A DNA stretch of 64,000 nt from the NCBI GenBank assembly GCA_048270185.1, contig JBLWTJ010000001.1, positions 832,001-896,000 of the forward strand. Direction: 5' to 3'. Positions 61,017 to 64,000 of the stretch are shown piece after piece. Each line of letters opens with the position of its first letter. Within the stretch, counting starts at the first letter, position 1. Source of the DNA: Bacteriovoracaceae bacterium. GTDB taxonomy: Bacteria; Bdellovibrionota; Bacteriovoracia; Bacteriovoracales; Bacteriovoracaceae. The notes beneath the pieces were generated by a model. That model was not told the DNA's origin and ran no database searches. It was given only the letters and a program-made list of their open reading frames with translations. The position numbers and the translations under genes were made by a program.

Positions 61017-61370
61017 TTAGGAGAACATCGGAGGCTTTAAAGCCGGATCAAGAAATAGGGTTTTATAGTGGTGGTTGTAATACCAAAGGACTTTATTATT
61101 AATACCTGTAGGACTTTTTAGTGAAGCCTGACTCTGAGCTGGGGCAATATTATGTAAACCACTACAATGGTGAGAACAGTGCTCCGTGTGGTCGCCACAG
61201 TCATTCTCTTGGCAATCTGCACTTACAATCTCAGACGCAGTTGTAAAAGAGCCTACACTAGAAATTTCAGACTCAACACTTGAAGTAAGTTCATGAATAC
61301 CATTTGACTCAGCAAATGAGCTGAATAAAAATGAAATCAAAATGAATAGTGAAAAGAATCTTCCAATCAT
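61017..61370 (-). CDS. Secreted Cys/His-rich protein (CzcI-like position)
   Basis: Signal peptide; DCGDHTEHCSHHCSGLH; terminal KPP. Confidence 0.65.
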   Translation of the reverse strand: MIGRFFSLFILISFLFSSFAESNGIHELTSSVESEISSVGSFTTASEIVSADCQENDCGDHTEHCSHHCSGLHNIAPAQSQASLKSPTGINNKVLWYYNHHYKTLFLDPALKPPMFS

Positions 61371-61506
61371 ATATACATAATTATCAACGTGTATCTTGTT
61401 TAGTCAAGTAATAATTTCACTGTAAATATATTAAGAAAATTCTCTGGTTACAGTTAGTCAAGCTTCCTCCTTCAAAGCCTTTCGGCATGGGTGAAAGGAG
61501 GAGAGC

Positions 61507-61665
61507 ATGACTAACAAAGACAACAAAATTGAATTTGAGATTAATCTAAAATTTAAAATGAGGGATTACAGATTAAAGTTTGCAACTAAGAGAGCTTGGG
61601 TCGTTTCATTTATACTAATCATTCTAAAGATAATATTTAAAACCTACAACGACTCCTCACCATAG
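61507..61665 (+). CDS. 52-aa small protein with C-terminal hydrophobic helix (not in ORF track)
   Basis: AAGGAGG RBS; MTNKDNKIEFEINLKFKMRDYRLKFATKRAWVVSFILIILKIIFKTYNDSSP. Confidence 0.6.
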   Translation: MTNKDNKIEFEINLKFKMRDYRLKFATKRAWVVSFILIILKIIFKTYNDSSP

Positions 61666-61668
61666 TTA

Positions 61669-62007
61669 TTAACTTCTAGCTGCCCACATAGTCTTAATCA
61701 CAGAATCTTCAACTAAATATGTAATTAAAAGCGATCTATTTTCGCCAGTAGATTTTTTAGTTTTTCTTTCGACTGTGGTTACATAATCACCAAGAGTAAT
61801 AACCTCTAATACTTCAACTTCCTCGAAGTCCTCAGTTCCAAAAGAAGATTTTAGATGACCCCTTAGAATGTCTTTACCTTTAAAAAGAGATTCATTATCT
61901 GGAAGGAGTAATACTTCAATCTGGTCGTCGCAATACGCAAGACACTTTTCAATGTCTTGATTGTTGTACTCCTCTATCTGTTTTAGGACTATTTCTTTAA
62001 CATTCAC
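61669..62007 (-). CDS. SnoaL/NTF2-like protein
   Basis: IVLKQIEEYNNQDIE, GKDILR, TYLVEDSVIKTMW. Confidence 0.8.
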   Translation of the reverse strand: MNVKEIVLKQIEEYNNQDIEKCLAYCDDQIEVLLLPDNESLFKGKDILRGHLKSSFGTEDFEEVEVLEVITLGDYVTTVERKTKKSTGENRSLLITYLVEDSVIKTMWAARS

Positions 62008-62009
62008 TT

Positions 62010-62025
62010 TGCCGGAATTACCAGA
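62010..62025 (+). repeat. 16-bp direct repeat TGCCGGAATTACCAGA, copy 2
   Basis: Exact copy of 45450-45465. Confidence 0.9.
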
Positions 62026-62122
62026 ATTAGAAACTATTATAACCCAATTTCAACAACATCCAGCGGAAATATTTCCACAAACAATTCATAACAACTAGTA
62101 ATCACTTTAAAAACCGCATAGG

Positions 62123-62142
62123 TTTGACGAATTTTCGTCAAA
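62123..62142. promoter_or_regulatory. 9-bp inverted repeat upstream of the transposase RBS
   Basis: tttgacgaa-tt-ttcgtcaaa. Confidence 0.5.
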
Positions 62143-62154
62143 AGGGAGTCCTTT

Positions 62155-63339
62155 ATGAAAAAGCAATATCGTAAATATAGCGATGAAATAAAAGAAATCA
62201 TTATACGAACGGGAAACCCAAATGCGTTTCCAGAATTGAATATACCAAGATCAACTGCGCTATATTGGATTCGTCATTCAAAGAAGAAAGTTTCTATCGG
62301 AGACAGACGAATAAACTCAGCTAATAAAAATGAGGTCGAATATTTGAAAAACAAGCTCGAGAAAGAAAGGGCAAAAGTATGCTTTTTGAAAGAAGTAAAT
62401 ACTCTCCTATCAGATGAAGTCTCTATAAAGAAATCAAAGAAAATATGCGCTGTCATAAGCAAGTACAGTCAATACCATTCAGCTACTATTCTTTGCCATT
62501 TAGCAAAGATCGATCACTCAAAATACATGCGATATAAGTTTAATACATCAACAAACCGCTCACTCTATTTACGAAGATCGAAACTTTCAAGCAAAGAACT
62601 GCGAATAATAGAAAGACTGTCAAAATCAAAAAGTCTTTCTCACCTTCCTGCAAAACGTCTTCAACTTTATGCCTACAGAAAAGGATTACTTTACTGTAGC
62701 TACGGAACCTGGAGAAAGTATATTAAAATATTTAGCGAAAGAAGAAATAAGAAGAAATATAATAAAAGTAAAAATAGAATAGGACTTAGAGCAACACGTC
62801 CAAATGATATTTGGCATATCGACATAACTGAATTTAAGTCAAAACCACATGGGAAAATTTATCTTCAGTCAGTAATTGATAACTATTCTCGAAAAATAGT
62901 GTCCTGGAGAATAAGTCATACAAAGGACAAAAGTGTAACTCTTAAAACTTTAAAATGCGTTCTGAAAGTAGAAACTCCTAAAATGATTGTTTTTGATGGT
63001 GGAAAAGAAAACACGGCCATAGACGTGAGCAATTTGCTACAAATGAAAAATATTAAAAAATTCATTTGTAAGAAAGACATTCGGTTTTCAAACTCCATGG
63101 TCGAATCCTTCTTTAATATTCTAAAGTCTAATTATGTGAACAAGTATCGGTGCTATAACTTTGTGGAACTCTACAAAACAATTAAAGAAGCGATAAGAAA
63201 ATATCACCTAGCCCCCATTCCATGTCATCATGGTGCAAATGCTCTAGAAATTTATAACAGAAATATAAATACACTATTTCTAAAAGAAGATCTGAGATAT
63301 AAAATTATGACAAGCTCTCTGGACCGTTATCAAAAATGA
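62155..63339 (+). CDS. DDE (rve, IS3/IS481-like) transposase
   Basis: N-terminal HTH (IPRSTALYW); PNDIWHIDIT, IDNYSRKI, FDGGKEN, NSMVESFF..LK. Confidence 0.88.
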   Translation: MKKQYRKYSDEIKEIIIRTGNPNAFPELNIPRSTALYWIRHSKKKVSIGDRRINSANKNEVEYLKNKLEKERAKVCFLKEVNTLLSDEVSIKKSKKICAVISKYSQYHSATILCHLAKIDHSKYMRYKFNTSTNRSLYLRRSKLSSKELRIIERLSKSKSLSHLPAKRLQLYAYRKGLLYCSYGTWRKYIKIFSERRNKKKYNKSKNRIGLRATRPNDIWHIDITEFKSKPHGKIYLQSVIDNYSRKIVSWRISHTKDKSVTLKTLKCVLKVETPKMIVFDGGKENTAIDVSNLLQMKNIKKFICKKDIRFSNSMVESFFNILKSNYVNKYRCYNFVELYKTIKEAIRKYHLAPIPCHHGANALEIYNRNINTLFLKEDLRYKIMTSSLDRYQK

Positions 63340-63657
63340 AAAAACAAGTACAAACCTATCCTCACCCTTGATGAAGCTAGAACACTTCTTTATCAAACAG
63401 AGAGAACAAACTTCCCATACCGTATAGGAATTGAAAAGCACATCACTTTTCACACTCTAAGGGCTTGCTTTGCGACTCACGTATTGGCCTCAGGAGCTGA
63501 ACCGACTCAGGTTATGAAAATGGGAGGCTGGTCAGATTTTAAAACCTTTCAAATCTACGTCCGTATGGCGGGGGTTGATGTGAAGGGAGTGACAGACGAC
63601 TTTAGGGTGACTCCTAACCTTGGTTCACTTGATAATGTCATTAGACTTAAAAAATAA
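63340..63657 (+). pseudogene. Tyrosine integrase remnant (no start codon, internal deletion)
   Basis: KPILTLDEARTLL...ITFHTLRACFATH...VMKMGGWSDFKTFQIY; box I Arg segment absent. Confidence 0.85.
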
Positions 63658-63661
63658 GCTT

Positions 63662-63695
63662 AATGAGGGAGAATATCTCCCTCATTTTAGCTATT
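63662..63695 (+). terminator. Hairpin after the integrase remnant
   Basis: aatgagggaga-ata-tctccctcatt followed by T-rich sequence. Confidence 0.65.
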
Positions 63696-63740
63696 TACGC
63701 GTCTGTATGGCATAATAACATATTAGAATTATTAGCACAG

Positions 63741-63769
63741 TTGAAAAAGTATCACATTTGTGATACTTT
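63741..63769 (+). promoter_or_regulatory. Sigma70 promoter with 11-bp inverted-repeat operator
   Basis: TTGAAA (63741) - 17 bp - TACTTT (63764) with an upstream TG; aaagtatcaca-tt-tgtgatacttt. Confidence 0.7.
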
Positions 63770-63784
63770 AGTGTCAGGAGGCTT

Positions 63785-64000
63785 ATGAATGCCTTAGAAA
63801 ATGAAGTTGATGGAGAGCTATTTTTAGAGAAGCTCATTATTGTTTACGAAAAAGGTGAACTAGATTTTTGGGAGGAGCGAAATAATCCTCCAAACTTATC
63901 TAAAGATGACTTTGATATTGTTCTCTATAAAATAGGACAAGTAGATAATTTGAAGTGGCCAGTAAGAAAAAGTCAAAATGGGCCACATGGAAAAACAGGT
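63785..64000 (+). CDS. Hypothetical protein, runs off the window
   Basis: AGGAGG RBS; open frame MNALENEVDGELFLEKL... Confidence 0.65.
   Translation, partial: MNALENEVDGELFLEKLIIVYEKGELDFWEERNNPPNLSKDDFDIVLYKIGQVDNLKWPVRKSQNGPHGKTG

Larger units (their letters stand above)
45271..64000. mobile_element. tRNA-Ala-adjacent genomic island (right end not seen in window)
   Basis: Follows a tRNA; carries TA, HEPN and metal-efflux genes, a transposase and an integrase remnant; looks more AT-rich by eye. Confidence 0.8.

Overview
Low-GC bacterial chromosome segment, most consistent with a marine Bdellovibrionota predator (Halobacteriovorax/Bacteriovoracaceae-like). This is inferred from gene content and was not tested. 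Bases 1-45270 are mostly core genome: a type II secretion gspF-N run, ispA, the ihfA-merR pair, an atypical two-subunit type IIA topoisomerase, radD, nqrA-F, a MATE transporter, a K+ channel, an exonuclease-DinG helicase, bolA, rmuC, an M23 peptidase, hisS, a Bd0055-type bacterial histone with a lysine-rich N-terminal tail, and tRNA-Ala(GGC). From about 45271 to the window end lies a genomic island carrying a toxin-antitoxin pair, a HEPN protein, an atypical Czc-type metal efflux cluster, a DDE transposase and a tyrosine integrase remnant. The strongest leads are: (1) the tailed histone, with similar Lys/Ala tails on a phage/eukaryote-like topoisomerase II; (2) a diiron oxidase + acyltransferase-like gene pair converging on an orphan multi-TM histidine kinase, possibly a signal synthase/receptor module; (3) island features including a 16-bp direct repeat encoding the MutM N-terminal motif, a large hairpin before an acidic zinc-ribbon protein, and a small ORF with a sequestered RBS. 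All assignments come from motif recognition by eye; no searches were run.
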